From positions 6,195-70,194 of the forward strand of contig JACPJO010000001.1 of assembly GCA_016187485.1 (NCBI GenBank): a stretch of DNA of 64,000 bases, read 5' to 3'. Shown here in pieces: positions 1-9,150 of the stretch. The notes below the pieces were generated by a model. That model ran no database searches and had not been told where the DNA came from. It worked only from the letters and a program-made list of their open reading frames with translations. The DNA is from Candidatus Uhrbacteria bacterium (GTDB lineage: Bacteria > Patescibacteriota > Patescibacteriia > UBA9934 > UBA10169). How positions within the stretch are numbered: position 1 is the stretch's first letter; each line of letters starts with the position of its first letter. A program made the translations under genes and the position numbers.

Positions 1-2
1 AA

Positions 3-803
3 GTGATTCTTCTCGTGGGCCTGCTTGGCGGGGGGTATTGGGCGTACGAAAGTGGTAACGTCTATGAGATTGGCCTCCCTGGAGACGGACAGAAACCGTA
101 TGTGGATGTGCCAGTGGAGGCGGAGAAGGTGGAAGAAGTGAATGAAGCGGAGGAACCGAAGGAGGCGGTAAAAGCAGACGAGGAAGAAGATCTGCAGCGT
201 GTCCCCGCACAGGTTAATCTCGCCGTCCCGTTTGCATCCCAGGCTCCTTATGGTGTGTGGGATGAGGTGCACGAAGACACCTGTGAAGAAGCGGCGATCC
301 TTATGGTGGACCGCTACTACAAAGGGGAGCGTGGTACGCTGGATGCGGAGGGTGTCGAGAAAGAACTGCAGGCGCTTGTGGCGTTTGAGAATAAGACGTT
401 TGGGTTTTTTGAGGACACCACGGCGCGCGAGACGGCGGAGCTCGTGAGGCTCTTTTATCAATACCCGAAGGTCGAGTTGATTGTCGAGCCAACAGCAGAG
501 GACATCAAGGCCCACGTGCGTGCCGGGCGACCCGTGGTGCTTCCCACGGCTGGCCGCATTCTTGCCAATCCCTATTTTTCCGGCGCCGGCCCCAAGTACC
601 ATATGATTGTGGTGAAAGGGTATACCGAGGACGGATTTATTGTGAACGATCCGGGGACGAAGCGCGGCGCCGATTGGCTTTACGACACCGATCACTTGAT
701 GCGCTCGATCCACGATTGGGAGGTGCCAGAAGGAATCGAGAATCACCCGGCGGATATTCCCAAAGAAAAGAAGGTAGCCATTGTCATTTATGATACTGAA
801 TGA
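3..803 (+). CDS. Membrane-anchored C39-like (papain-fold) cysteine peptidase, probably 5'-truncated by the window edge
   Basis: N-terminal TM, acidic linker, motifs VPFASQAP, CEEAA (Cys), HMIVVKGY (His), IVNDPG (Asp). Confidence 0.8.
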   Translation: MILLVGLLGGGYWAYESGNVYEIGLPGDGQKPYVDVPVEAEKVEEVNEAEEPKEAVKADEEEDLQRVPAQVNLAVPFASQAPYGVWDEVHEDTCEEAAILMVDRYYKGERGTLDAEGVEKELQALVAFENKTFGFFEDTTARETAELVRLFYQYPKVELIVEPTAEDIKAHVRAGRPVVLPTAGRILANPYFSGAGPKYHMIVVKGYTEDGFIVNDPGTKRGADWLYDTDHLMRSIHDWEVPEGIENHPADIPKEKKVAIVIYDTE

Positions 804-1263
804 TTACACGCTCGGCGCCGCGCTTGGGCTCTTGGTGGGGTTTGTCCTTGCCGTTCCCGCCATAGTTGTGGAGTGGCGCGAAAAGAAAGAGCAGCACCCG
901 CTTCCTATTCTTGTGGACATCAAACCAAAGTGGGGGCGGTCGCTTACTTATCGTGAGCTTTTCCTTGTGGCACTTCTTCTTCACTTCGTTTTGGCGACGT
1001 TATTTGGATTGATCTACGTCATCTTTGTAGAACAAGGGTGGTTGTTTGTGACACACGCTCCCTATACGCTGCTCTCGCTTGTGATTTATGCCGTAGGAGC
1101 ATGGTTGGTGGTGGGCATTCTCATTTTCCCGGCGGTCGGGTTCGGCCTATTTGGACGCCGTGAGGGGCCGGCTGTATGGGCAGAGATCTTTGTCACGCAG
1201 CTTCTGATCGGTCTTGGGATGTGGGGAATTATTCAGTGGCTTACGCCCGCGTATTTTTCATGA
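790..1263 (+). CDS. Hypothetical multi-pass membrane protein
   Basis: About 4 hydrophobic segments; coupled to flanking ORFs. Confidence 0.7.
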   Translation: MILNDYTLGAALGLLVGFVLAVPAIVVEWREKKEQHPLPILVDIKPKWGRSLTYRELFLVALLLHFVLATLFGLIYVIFVEQGWLFVTHAPYTLLSLVIYAVGAWLVVGILIFPAVGFGLFGRREGPAVWAEIFVTQLLIGLGMWGIIQWLTPAYFS

Positions 1264-1264
1264 T

Positions 1265-2791
1265 ATGGGAGAGATGGGTATGGAGTGGAGAAACTCGAAA
1301 GGATGGGAACCAGAACCGTCTGTTTCTTCTCTTGAGCGTGGTCGGGCACAGCTGCAAGAATATCGAGAAAAGGTACAGCCGGTCATCACGGAGTTTAAGT
1401 ACTCGATTTACGAGCTCTCCTCCACACAGACAGACGCCCTCCTCCTTCGTCTAAAGGAGTATCGGGGCCTTATCGTAGCTACACTCCAGGAGAAAGAATC
1501 CATCGCTTTTATTGAGGCATTCAATGGGATGAAGGATCTTCTCTATGCTACGGATTACAGCAAACCGGAAGACTCAAAGGAAAGAGACAGATTCAAGGAT
1601 TTTGCCATAGAAATTCTCTTGGAACTTCGTGAAGAAGTATCCTGTGCTATGCGGGACGGTCGCGTGAATACTCTTTCGGGTTTGGGCGCGTTTAAGATGA
1701 TCGCGGACATTTCTTCAGATGTAAAACAAAAGGATGTTGCCTGCGGGGTTTTGATAGAATACCTCAAGGAAATAGAAGAGGACCTTCAGAGAAGTCCCAT
1801 GTTCTCCCTGGAGTTCTTTAGGACGATATTTTCGGAAGGAAATCCGTGGCAGATCAACGCGGCGGCGCAGGTTTTAAAAAAGTTTGCCAAAACTCAAGGC
1901 GGGGAAATGTTTGCACAGGCAGTGTCACGATTCTTTGGCGACTCTCCGTTTGGACCAGAACTGTGTGCCTATGGCGAGGAATTTATATCGCCGGTTTTAA
2001 GAACATACCAATTGCCAGAGAGCAAGTTTTTGAAAGCCTGGTATGCCAGTACAAAAAGGGAGAGATGGTCAGAAATGATTTTTAGCAACCTTAAAAGGCT
2101 GATGGAAATCGAAAAAGAGGAGCCTGGAGCAAGCGCCTTTCTGTATAAAGAGTTTGGGATTATGGACTTTGGGCGTTATCCCAAAGAAACGCTTGTGGCG
2201 CAGGTTCGAGAACATGACGATCTCTCTAAGCCATACGGGGTTGTCATCTTCCCGCGTGAAGATTGGAACGGGGCTTTCTATAATAAGGACATCCTCTTTG
2301 AATCGCTTACGGAACAACTGAAAGGAGAGCTTCTTTTGCGTGTCTTTGAATGTGAAGGGAGAATAGGCGTCGTAAAAGCGCTTATCAAAGCAGATCGGAA
2401 GTATCATCCGTCGGAGGGTGTCGGACACAAAATTGAGCTTGCGATTATTGGTGGGCATGGGACAGAAGACAGCATTCAGTTTGGCTACGGAAAAGGAAGC
2501 CATCTCTTTATTGAGGATCTTGCGGGGCATGGAGTGCAAAAAGTACGAGAAAAATTCTTCGCAGATAATCCGACGATCATTCTTTCGTCATGTTCGACAG
2601 GAACAGAGGGAGGCATTGGACAGGCGCTTTCACGGATCCTTAAGGCTAAGGTGATTGCACCCAAAGAATCGTCCGCTTTACAATCGCTTCACGCGAGTAA
2701 AAAAAGAGGCGAAAGTCGCTTTCGGTTCAATGCGACATTCTCGAGTCGACAAAAAGGGGTGTTTATGAACGGGGAGGAATCAAAAGAATAA
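1265..2791 (+). CDS. Hypothetical protein with a C-terminal caspase/CHAT-like (clan CD) peptidase domain
   Basis: AIIGGHG and IILSSCSTG match the His-Gly and Ser-Cys dyad strands of clan CD. Confidence 0.55.
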   Translation: MGEMGMEWRNSKGWEPEPSVSSLERGRAQLQEYREKVQPVITEFKYSIYELSSTQTDALLLRLKEYRGLIVATLQEKESIAFIEAFNGMKDLLYATDYSKPEDSKERDRFKDFAIEILLELREEVSCAMRDGRVNTLSGLGAFKMIADISSDVKQKDVACGVLIEYLKEIEEDLQRSPMFSLEFFRTIFSEGNPWQINAAAQVLKKFAKTQGGEMFAQAVSRFFGDSPFGPELCAYGEEFISPVLRTYQLPESKFLKAWYASTKRERWSEMIFSNLKRLMEIEKEEPGASAFLYKEFGIMDFGRYPKETLVAQVREHDDLSKPYGVVIFPREDWNGAFYNKDILFESLTEQLKGELLLRVFECEGRIGVVKALIKADRKYHPSEGVGHKIELAIIGGHGTEDSIQFGYGKGSHLFIEDLAGHGVQKVREKFFADNPTIILSSCSTGTEGGIGQALSRILKAKVIAPKESSALQSLHASKKRGESRFRFNATFSSRQKGVFMNGEESKE

Positions 2792-2797
2792 AGTGGT

Positions 2798-3973
2798 ATG
2801 AAAACGCTTTCAGTTGCGGAGTATCTGGAACTTGTAAATGAGACGCTTTCGCTTATTCCCACAACGGAGTTTTTGGTGGAGGGTGAGGTGGCCGAGTACC
2901 GCGTGTCTCAACAGAAGTGGATACATTTTTTACTCAAGGACGAAAAGAAGGAGGCATGCGTGCCGTGCTTTGCGACGACCTATCAGCTGTCGGTGCCGCT
3001 CGAGGACGGTATGCGCGTGCAGGTGGCAGGGTATGCCAGAATTTTTGAACGGTTTGGGAAGTTCAGTCTGAACGTCCGCCAGGTGACTCCCGTGGGAGAG
3101 GGGGCGCTGCGAAAGGCGTATGAACTTCTGAAAAAGAAACTTGAAGAAGAGGGGCTGTTTGATGTGGGACGCAAGCGGGAGCCCCCGCGCTTTCCTCGTA
3201 CCGTTGGCTTGCTTACCTCACCGGAAGCGGCGGCGTATACGGACTTTGTGCGTATTGCGAAGAATCGTTGGGCCGGCTCCGTGATTGAACTGTATCCGGT
3301 ACACGTGCAAGGAGCGCGGGCGGTGGAGAACATTTTGGAGGCGTTTGCGTATTTCCAGACGCTCTCTGTAAAGGAGCGTCCCGACATTCTTGTCTTAACA
3401 CGCGGCGGCGGATCGTTCGAGGACTTACACGCATTCAATGATGAACGCGTAGCGCGCGCCGTGTTCGGTTCTCCCGTTGCTGTTGTCGTGGGTGTGGGGC
3501 ACGAACGTGACGAATCTTTATGTGACTTTGTGGCTGACGTGCGCGCTTCAACGCCTTCGAACGCTGCCGAGATGGTCTTTCCCGATCGAAGAGCGGTCGC
3601 CGCCGAGATAGAATCGTCTGTGCGTGTATGGGACAGCCGACTTCACCGATGGGTGGAGGAGCGCCATGTTGTATTGGCTCGCGCCGGATCTGCCACCACG
3701 GTTTTCTTTGAACAGCTCTCCTCCCGTCTCCTGCATAACACGAAACGTCTTGGGCACGTGTTTTGGCCCGTGATGGCGCGGGCGCGAGAACGAGTGGAAC
3801 ATTTAGAGCGTATCCTTAAGCAAAGCAGCCCAAAACGCATTCTTGCGCGTGGCTACAGCATCGTACGACTTCATGGGGGTGTGCTTAAAGACGCGCGCGC
3901 GCTTGTGAAAGGGGAAGCCGTTCAGGTACAATTGGCGCACGGATCGTTCGACGCAGAGGTGACCTCTCTATGA
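2798..3973 (+). CDS. xseA: Exodeoxyribonuclease VII large subunit
   Basis: LSVAEY start, RGGGSFEDL, GVGHERD, STPSNAAE, ILARGYSI. Confidence 0.97.
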   Translation: MKTLSVAEYLELVNETLSLIPTTEFLVEGEVAEYRVSQQKWIHFLLKDEKKEACVPCFATTYQLSVPLEDGMRVQVAGYARIFERFGKFSLNVRQVTPVGEGALRKAYELLKKKLEEEGLFDVGRKREPPRFPRTVGLLTSPEAAAYTDFVRIAKNRWAGSVIELYPVHVQGARAVENILEAFAYFQTLSVKERPDILVLTRGGGSFEDLHAFNDERVARAVFGSPVAVVVGVGHERDESLCDFVADVRASTPSNAAEMVFPDRRAVAAEIESSVRVWDSRLHRWVEERHVVLARAGSATTVFFEQLSSRLLHNTKRLGHVFWPVMARARERVEHLERILKQSSPKRILARGYSIVRLHGGVLKDARALVKGEAVQVQLAHGSFDAEVTSL

Positions 3974-4188
3974 CAAAAAAGGCCGCGGATTTTGGAAAGT
4001 TATTTGCCGAACTAGAAGACATTACGGCGTGGTTTGAGCGTGCCGATGTGGATGTAGAAGAAGGACTTAAGAAGTTTGAGCGTGGGCTTGTGCTCGCCAA
4101 ACAGTGCAAAGAGTTTTTGGACGAGGTAGACGTGAAAGTAAAAACTATCAAGAAAAAATATGATGCTGATACTTCGGTGGGTGATTAG
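3970..4188 (+). CDS. xseB: Exodeoxyribonuclease VII small subunit
   Basis: 72 aa directly after xseA; ELEDI...VEEGLKKFERGLVLAKQC. Confidence 0.95.
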   Translation: MTKKAADFGKLFAELEDITAWFERADVDVEEGLKKFERGLVLAKQCKEFLDEVDVKVKTIKKKYDADTSVGD

Positions 4189-4510
4189 TGCGGTTCTTCT
4201 TTTGCTTGCGGCATCGTTTGTGCCGGGATTTGAAGTGAACGGATTGTACGCGGCGCTCATTGCGGCGCTTGTGCTTGGCCTCATCAACGCCATCATTCGC
4301 CCACTCCTTTTTCTCCTCACGCTTCCCGTGACGATTCTCACGCTGGGTCTATTCACGTTTGTGCTCAATGGCCTCATGGTGCTTCTTATGTCCACGGTGG
4401 TGAAGGGCGTAGAATTGGATGGACTCGTACCCGCGATCCTTGTGGGGCTCGTGATGTGGATCGGCGGCTGGGCGGCGAACACGCTTATTCGGGAGGCAAG
4501 CGAAAGCTGA
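4160..4510 (+). CDS. YvlD/phage holin family 4-TM membrane protein
   Basis: LGLINAIIRPLLFLLTLPVTILTLGLFTFVLNG signature. Confidence 0.9.
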   Translation: MMLILRWVISAVLLLLAASFVPGFEVNGLYAALIAALVLGLINAIIRPLLFLLTLPVTILTLGLFTFVLNGLMVLLMSTVVKGVELDGLVPAILVGLVMWIGGWAANTLIREASES

Positions 4511-4512
4511 TT

Positions 4513-5193
4513 ATGTTGCATGTGCTGTCGGTGGGCGGCTCCATGATTGTTCCCAGCGGAGGGATTGACGTGCGTTTTTTAAAATCTTTTTCTGCACTTG
4601 TCCGCCGTTCTGTGAAACGGGGCGACCGGTTTGTCATTGTCACGGGCGGGGGTTCAACAGCGCGTCATTATATTGAAGCGGGATCTCGTGTGACGAAAAT
4701 TTCCCACGAGGATTTAGACTGGCTTGGTATTCACGCGACGCGCCTCAATGCACATTTAGTGCGGACGATTTTGCGGGATGTTGCGTATCCGGTTGTCGTA
4801 AAATCTACGACAGAATCTATCCGCGGGTGGAAGAAGCCGGTGTTGGTTGCTGCCGGGGAAAAGCCCGGCCGATCGACGGACGACGTGGCCACGCGTTTAG
4901 CGCGCCGGTTTGGTGCGCGCACGGTCGTCAACATCAGCAACGTGGACGTACTCTACGACAAGGATCCGCGGACGCATAAAGACGCGAAGCCGGTAAAAGA
5001 GATGTCATGGAAGGAGTACCGCAGGATGGTAGGGAACAAATGGAGTCCGGGTTTAAGCGCTCCCTTTGACCCTGTTGCCTCAAAGTTGGCGCAAACCTCT
5101 CACATCCGCGTCGTCCTGGTCGGCGGCCGGGACGTTGCCAATATCGGTAAAGTACTCAAAGGCAAGCCATTTAAGGGGAGCGTGATTCAATAA
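4513..5193 (+). CDS. pyrH: Uridylate kinase (archaeal-type)
   Basis: SVGGS, VTGGGSTARHY, DWLGIHATRLNA, PGRSTD, APFDPVAS. Confidence 0.93.
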   Translation: MLHVLSVGGSMIVPSGGIDVRFLKSFSALVRRSVKRGDRFVIVTGGGSTARHYIEAGSRVTKISHEDLDWLGIHATRLNAHLVRTILRDVAYPVVVKSTTESIRGWKKPVLVAAGEKPGRSTDDVATRLARRFGARTVVNISNVDVLYDKDPRTHKDAKPVKEMSWKEYRRMVGNKWSPGLSAPFDPVASKLAQTSHIRVVLVGGRDVANIGKVLKGKPFKGSVIQ

Positions 5194-5195
5194 AT

Positions 5196-5615
5196 GTGAC
5201 ACCGGGCAAAGATTATATTGGCGTTGGTTGCGGACTTCTTGTGGTGAACGATAAACAGGAGGTGTTGCTCATGTTGCGTAACGCAAGTATTCGCAACGAT
5301 CGTAATTTGTGGAGTCAGCCGGGTGGGGCGGTGGAGTTTGGAGAGACAATAGAACAAGCGATCAAACGTGAAGCGGTGGAGGAAATTGGGGTTGAGGTGG
5401 AACTTCTGGAGTTGCTGAATGTAAATGACCACATGATTGATGGAGCGCATTGGATTGCCCCAGCGTATCTGTGCCGGATTATCTCTGGCGAGCTAAAAAA
5501 CATGGAGCCGGAGAAGTGTGAGGAGATTCGCTGGTTCTCCCTCTCTGCGCTGCCAGAGAATTTGAATGAAAACACGAAGAATTCAACCACGGTTCTTAAG
5601 CGAAGGGCGACTTGA
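5196..5615 (+). CDS. NUDIX hydrolase
   Basis: Nudix box GGAVEFGETIEQAIKREAVEEIG. Confidence 0.93.
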   Translation: MTPGKDYIGVGCGLLVVNDKQEVLLMLRNASIRNDRNLWSQPGGAVEFGETIEQAIKREAVEEIGVEVELLELLNVNDHMIDGAHWIAPAYLCRIISGELKNMEPEKCEEIRWFSLSALPENLNENTKNSTTVLKRRAT

Positions 5616-5653
5616 AATCTACCCCCTTTTCCTTTAGGATGCTTGCCGGAGGT
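5612..5653 (+). promoter_or_regulatory. Sigma70-like promoter plus SD for the 5659 ORF
   Basis: TTGAAA-17nt-TAGGAT then GGAGG; the -35 overlaps the NUDIX TGA stop. Confidence 0.6.
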
Positions 5654-5658
5654 GCACC

Positions 5659-6303
5659 GTGCGTCACGTTCTCTCCCACGTGAACAATGATCTTGGTCAA
5701 GGGCTCCTGGCGTACATCGATCGCGGAGATGCCCACGTGATCCAGTTTCACACGAAGGAGCAGGGCCTGCGTATTATCGCTGGATTGGACGTGGAGGACT
5801 TTGAGGTGAATGAACTGGCGTCGGATATCCACTCGTCCACGCTTCCCCTGGATGCGAGCGAGTGTGACGAACGCATCATTCACTATCACGGCCGGCTTGC
5901 AGAGGAGTTGTGCATTCTCTTTGAGGTCATTGATCCGTCTGAGCGTGACCGTCTGACCGTCCCGCTGTACTCGCTCTTCATCCGTGTTTCTTCGTCTGGC
6001 CTCTCGCCGCTTGGCATGATTGGGGTCGTGTACGGGGCCTTTGTGTACCTTCTCGTGAGCGCGTCCGGTCGCTCGCTGATCCGGGAGGGGCAGAGGTTCA
6101 GTCCGCTGGATCTACGCTTTCATCTGGATGTTCAGCGCACGTGTGAGGCGCTTCCTCGGGGACGTGGCCGGGTGAGGAGGATTGGGGGAGTTGTGGCCTA
6201 CATGGCGATCGTGGGCATGGTGAGTGCGCGCATGCAGGAAGGGCGCGTGTTTGACAGCAGCAAGGCAGAGAAGATCTCGAGAGACCCCCTTGCCGTAAAC
6301 TGA
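5659..6303 (+). CDS. Hypothetical protein (GC-rich, SD-led class)
   Basis: Own promoter and SD; downstream hairpin and T-tract at about 6335-6364. Confidence 0.6.
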   Translation: MRHVLSHVNNDLGQGLLAYIDRGDAHVIQFHTKEQGLRIIAGLDVEDFEVNELASDIHSSTLPLDASECDERIIHYHGRLAEELCILFEVIDPSERDRLTVPLYSLFIRVSSSGLSPLGMIGVVYGAFVYLLVSASGRSLIREGQRFSPLDLRFHLDVQRTCEALPRGRGRVRRIGGVVAYMAIVGMVSARMQEGRVFDSSKAEKISRDPLAVN

Positions 6304-6954
6304 TCTCGTCCTCCTGCGTCTACCTTCTTTCTTGAGAGCCCCACGGGCTCTTTTCCTTTTTTTGAAAAGCGAAATCCTGCCGAGGGCAGGATGTGAAAGA
6401 AGGAACGCCGTTCTCTCGACCAGCCATGGTGGGAGATGTGGGAGAAGAGCGTTGCGTAGTGCCTGGGCACGGCACTCTGCAAGGACGCGCACGACGGAGT
6501 CTTTTGGCACTTCCTTCCTATGCAGTTCTAGCCGTGAGGTCTGTTCATACTCGGCCACTGCGGTGTAGACGACGATGAACCACCGGCGTGCTCGCGGCTC
6601 AACGGGAGTGGCTGCGATATCGGTCAGGGTCACGATGGTGGCCTCCAGCCGCTCCGTCGAGACGAACTTTGTCTCACCAGCACGGAAGATGACAGGGCGC
6701 ATCAGGTGCCCGAGCCACAGCTCCGCGTTCCGGTCTTCTCGTGGGCATCCGCCGGCCTCGGGTTGTCCCGGAGCATCCGGGCAGACGTCGCGTTCGTTGG
6801 GTACCCCGTCGTTGTCCGTGTCCGCGTTGGGGCTGCGCGTCGTCTCTGGTTTTTCGGCTGGCGATGTTTCAGCAGGCGTCTCACCCTGCTCCTTGGCCGC
6901 CGTGAGGAGGGGGACGAGGATGCAGAAGAGGAGGGCGATGTGTGCGGATCGCAT
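6112..6954 (-). CDS. Secreted protein with TSP3-like Ca-binding repeat and degenerate OmpA-like domain; 3' end uncertain
   Basis: Signal peptide; DTDNDGVPNERDVCPDAPGQPEAGGCP; LAECRAQAL resembles LSxxRAxAV; promoter TTGACC-17-TATGTT upstream. Confidence 0.6.
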   Translation of the reverse strand: MRSAHIALLFCILVPLLTAAKEQGETPAETSPAEKPETTRSPNADTDNDGVPNERDVCPDAPGQPEAGGCPREDRNAELWLGHLMRPVIFRAGETKFVSTERLEATIVTLTDIAATPVEPRARRWFIVVYTAVAEYEQTSRLELHRKEVPKDSVVRVLAECRAQALRNALLPHLPPWLVERTAFLLSHPALGRISLFKKRKRARGALKKEGRRRRTRSVYGKGVSRDLLCLAAVKHAPFLHARTHHAHDRHVGHNSPNPPHPATSPRKRLTRALNIQMKA

Positions 6955-7062
6955 GGCTTTCCTTCAAGGTTCTGGGAGATCGGAACGACCTCCTTCCTCC
7001 GAGTGGAGGATGGTTAAACATAGCCCGAAAAATCCTCCAGGTCAATAGAGGGAGCCAAACCG

Positions 7063-7084
7063 AAAAGGTGCCTGGCACCTGTTT
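7063..7084. repeat. REP-like palindrome AGGTGCC-T-GGCACCT
   Basis: Related copy at 56431-56465. Confidence 0.55.
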
Positions 7085-7096
7085 ACCTCGCGCTAA

Positions 7097-7132
7097 ACTC
7101 CGTATAAGTGCCGATCGACACTTATACGGAGT
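7097..7132. repeat. Perfect 14-bp inverted repeat (terminator or REP-like)
   Basis: ACTCCGTATAAGTG-N8-CACTTATACGGAGT. Confidence 0.7.
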
Positions 7133-7157
7133 GCCCCTGATTCAATGGAGATAAAGT

Positions 7158-7922
7158 TTATGGTGTTGGTAGGCCGGTGATCGGGCGGGATTGGAGGATG
7201 AAAAACTCGCCGTTGGCCAAGCTCCACTCTACATCCACGGGGAAGCCATAGTGTTTTTCAATGTTACAGACCATGTCGGCGAGAGCGAGGATACGTTCGG
7301 GAGAAAGTTTTTGCATTTCTTGTGGAGGGACAATGCTTTCCGTGACGGCGCGAGCGCGTTTGCCCACGACATATTGGTCTGGTGTGACTTCTCCGGACAC
7401 CAGTGCCTCTCCAAGCCCCTTCGCGGCCTCAATGATCATGGTATCGCGATTGCCGGTAACGGGATGCGCGGAGAAGGCAACACCAGAGACTTCTGCGGGA
7501 ACCATTGCCTGGACGACAACGGCAACAGGAATACGCGTAGCATGGTCAATTCCTTGTGCCGAGCGGTATGCCGTGGCACGAGCGGACCCGATGGACACCC
7601 AGCAGCGCTCCACATTTTCTCTAAGAGTATCTCGCTCTGTGTTGAGGTACGTCTCAAGCTGTCCGGCCCACGCCGCCGTCTTTCCATCTTCTGCCGTCGC
7701 GCTTGATCGGACGGCGACGTGTTCAGCTCCGAGTGCATCAAAGTTCTTGAGGATGTCATCCGCGAGTTCGTCTGTCATGACTCCGCACGCCGGAGCAAGA
7801 ATCACAAAACCCGCCGGTACCGGAAATCCCGCCCGCGTCATTTCTCCAAGCGAGGCCCCCTTTCCCCCCGCCTCCGCCACATCATCCTTTCCGATATCTT
7901 TGAGCCATTTTATGAGCTTCAT
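7158..7922 (-). CDS. Stand-alone PEP/pyruvate-binding (PEP synthase/PPDK N-terminal) domain protein
   Basis: GGKGASLGEM, VAVRSSATAED, AGQLETYLN, GLGEALVSG, DVEW, ILQSRPIT. Confidence 0.9.
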   Translation of the reverse strand: MKLIKWLKDIGKDDVAEAGGKGASLGEMTRAGFPVPAGFVILAPACGVMTDELADDILKNFDALGAEHVAVRSSATAEDGKTAAWAGQLETYLNTERDTLRENVERCWVSIGSARATAYRSAQGIDHATRIPVAVVVQAMVPAEVSGVAFSAHPVTGNRDTMIIEAAKGLGEALVSGEVTPDQYVVGKRARAVTESIVPPQEMQKLSPERILALADMVCNIEKHYGFPVDVEWSLANGEFFILQSRPITGLPTP

Positions 7923-8007
7923 ATATTCCCAGGCATTATACATCTTTCGTGACTTAGCCCCGAAGGTTGACCTTTTTTTACAGCTGTGGCACTCTTCTTC
8001 CAGATTT

Positions 8008-8140
8008 GCCGGAGACAACGGGTCGAAGATCCTCCAGAGCTTGAGCGAAGGAGGACATTCGTAAGTCCCGTCGAGGCGACCCCCGAGATTTTTCTTGGGG
8101 TCAGTCGTGTCTCTGCGGTCAAGTCCGCAGTTTATTTTTT
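8008..8140 (+). ncRNA. Ribosomal protein L10 leader with intrinsic terminator
   Basis: GCCGGAGACAACGGG...GTAAGTCCCGTCGAGGC fits the L10-leader consensus; terminator CTGCGG-N6-CCGCAG-TTTATTTTTT at 8113-8140; upstream of rplJ. Confidence 0.75.
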
Positions 8141-8192
8141 ATCACCCCTCCATAGCTCCAGAGGAGCGAAGGAGGATTAAAGGTCGAAACCT

Positions 8193-8711
8193 ATGCCAAA
8201 AACACGTGGACAAAAAGAAGCAACCGTCGCAGAGCTTACAAGTAGACTCACTGGCGCGAAAGCCGTGGTGTTTGCCACCGTAAGCGGCTACACCATGGAG
8301 GACGCCAATGCGCTTCGCCAAGCGGGGCGCAAAGACGGTGTGGAGGTTGCTATAACAAAGAAAACCCTTCTCTCTCTGGCGGCCAAACAGGCCGGGCTTG
8401 AGCTTTCTCGCGACGTTCTTCCGGGATCGATCCTTGCCGCATGGAGCCAGAGCGATCAGGTCGCCCCCGCGCGCGTCCTTGCCCAATTTGCCAAGAAGCG
8501 TGAGTCTATCAAACTTGCGTCTGGCATTGTGGAAGGCAAGTTCGTGGGTGCCGATGTGGTGAAGCGTTATGCCGCGCTACCGTCACGCGAGGAACTCCTG
8601 GCGAAGATGGTAGGGTCTATAAACGCGCCCGTAAGCGGCTTCGTCAATGTCTTGGCGGGCAACTTGCGTGGGCTTGTGACGGTTCTCTCTAAGATTCAAC
8701 CTTCAACCTAA
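8193..8711 (+). CDS. rplJ: 50S ribosomal protein L10
   Basis: KKTLL, LPSREELLAKMVGSINAPVSGFVNVL. Confidence 0.97.
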   Translation: MPKTRGQKEATVAELTSRLTGAKAVVFATVSGYTMEDANALRQAGRKDGVEVAITKKTLLSLAAKQAGLELSRDVLPGSILAAWSQSDQVAPARVLAQFAKKRESIKLASGIVEGKFVGADVVKRYAALPSREELLAKMVGSINAPVSGFVNVLAGNLRGLVTVLSKIQPST

Positions 8712-8714
8712 CCT

Positions 8715-9116
8715 ATGTCCGATGAAACAAAAGTGATCGAGGTCCCCGAAAAATTTAAGGGCCTTGTGGAGAGCATCGAGAAGATGTCCGTCCTGGACCT
8801 CTCGGAGCTCGTGAAAGTGCTTGAAGAAAAGTTTGGTGTCTCTGCCTCTGCTCCGGCCATGATGATGGCCGCGCCAGCCGCCGGAGGTGCTGTTGCTGAG
8901 GAAAAGTCCGCCTTTGACGTGGAACTTACCGCGGCAGGTGACCAGAAGATCAACGTAATCAAAGTCGTGCGCGAGGTCACGGGTCTTGGGCTCAAGGAAG
9001 CCAAAGACATCGTGGATGGCGCGCCGAAAGTTGTGAAGTCTGGGCTCGCAAAAGCCGATGCGGAAGCGCTCGTGAAATCTCTCACTGACGCAGGAGCCAA
9101 AGCCGCGCTGAAATAA
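8715..9116 (+). CDS. rplL: 50S ribosomal protein L7/L12
   Basis: [32 protein letters not shown]. Confidence 0.99.
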   Translation: MSDETKVIEVPEKFKGLVESIEKMSVLDLSELVKVLEEKFGVSASAPAMMMAAPAAGGAVAEEKSAFDVELTAAGDQKINVIKVVREVTGLGLKEAKDIVDGAPKVVKSGLAKADAEALVKSLTDAGAKAALK

Positions 9117-9124
9117 GAAACAAC

Positions 9125-9149
9125 AAAACAGGGTTCACGCCCTGTTTTT
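9125..9149. terminator. Bidirectional intrinsic terminator
   Basis: AAAACAGGG-N7-CCCTGTTTT between convergent genes. Confidence 0.8.
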
Positions 9150-9150
9150 G

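Noticed and set aside
4160-4510. Prophage suggested by the 'phage holin' family
   Set aside because: The YvlD family is chromosomal, and no phage genes are nearby.
4533-4543. GGGCGGCTCCA as a possible 3' half for the split tRNA-Thr
   Set aside because: Lies within the pyrH GGS codons and has no T-arm; coincidence.
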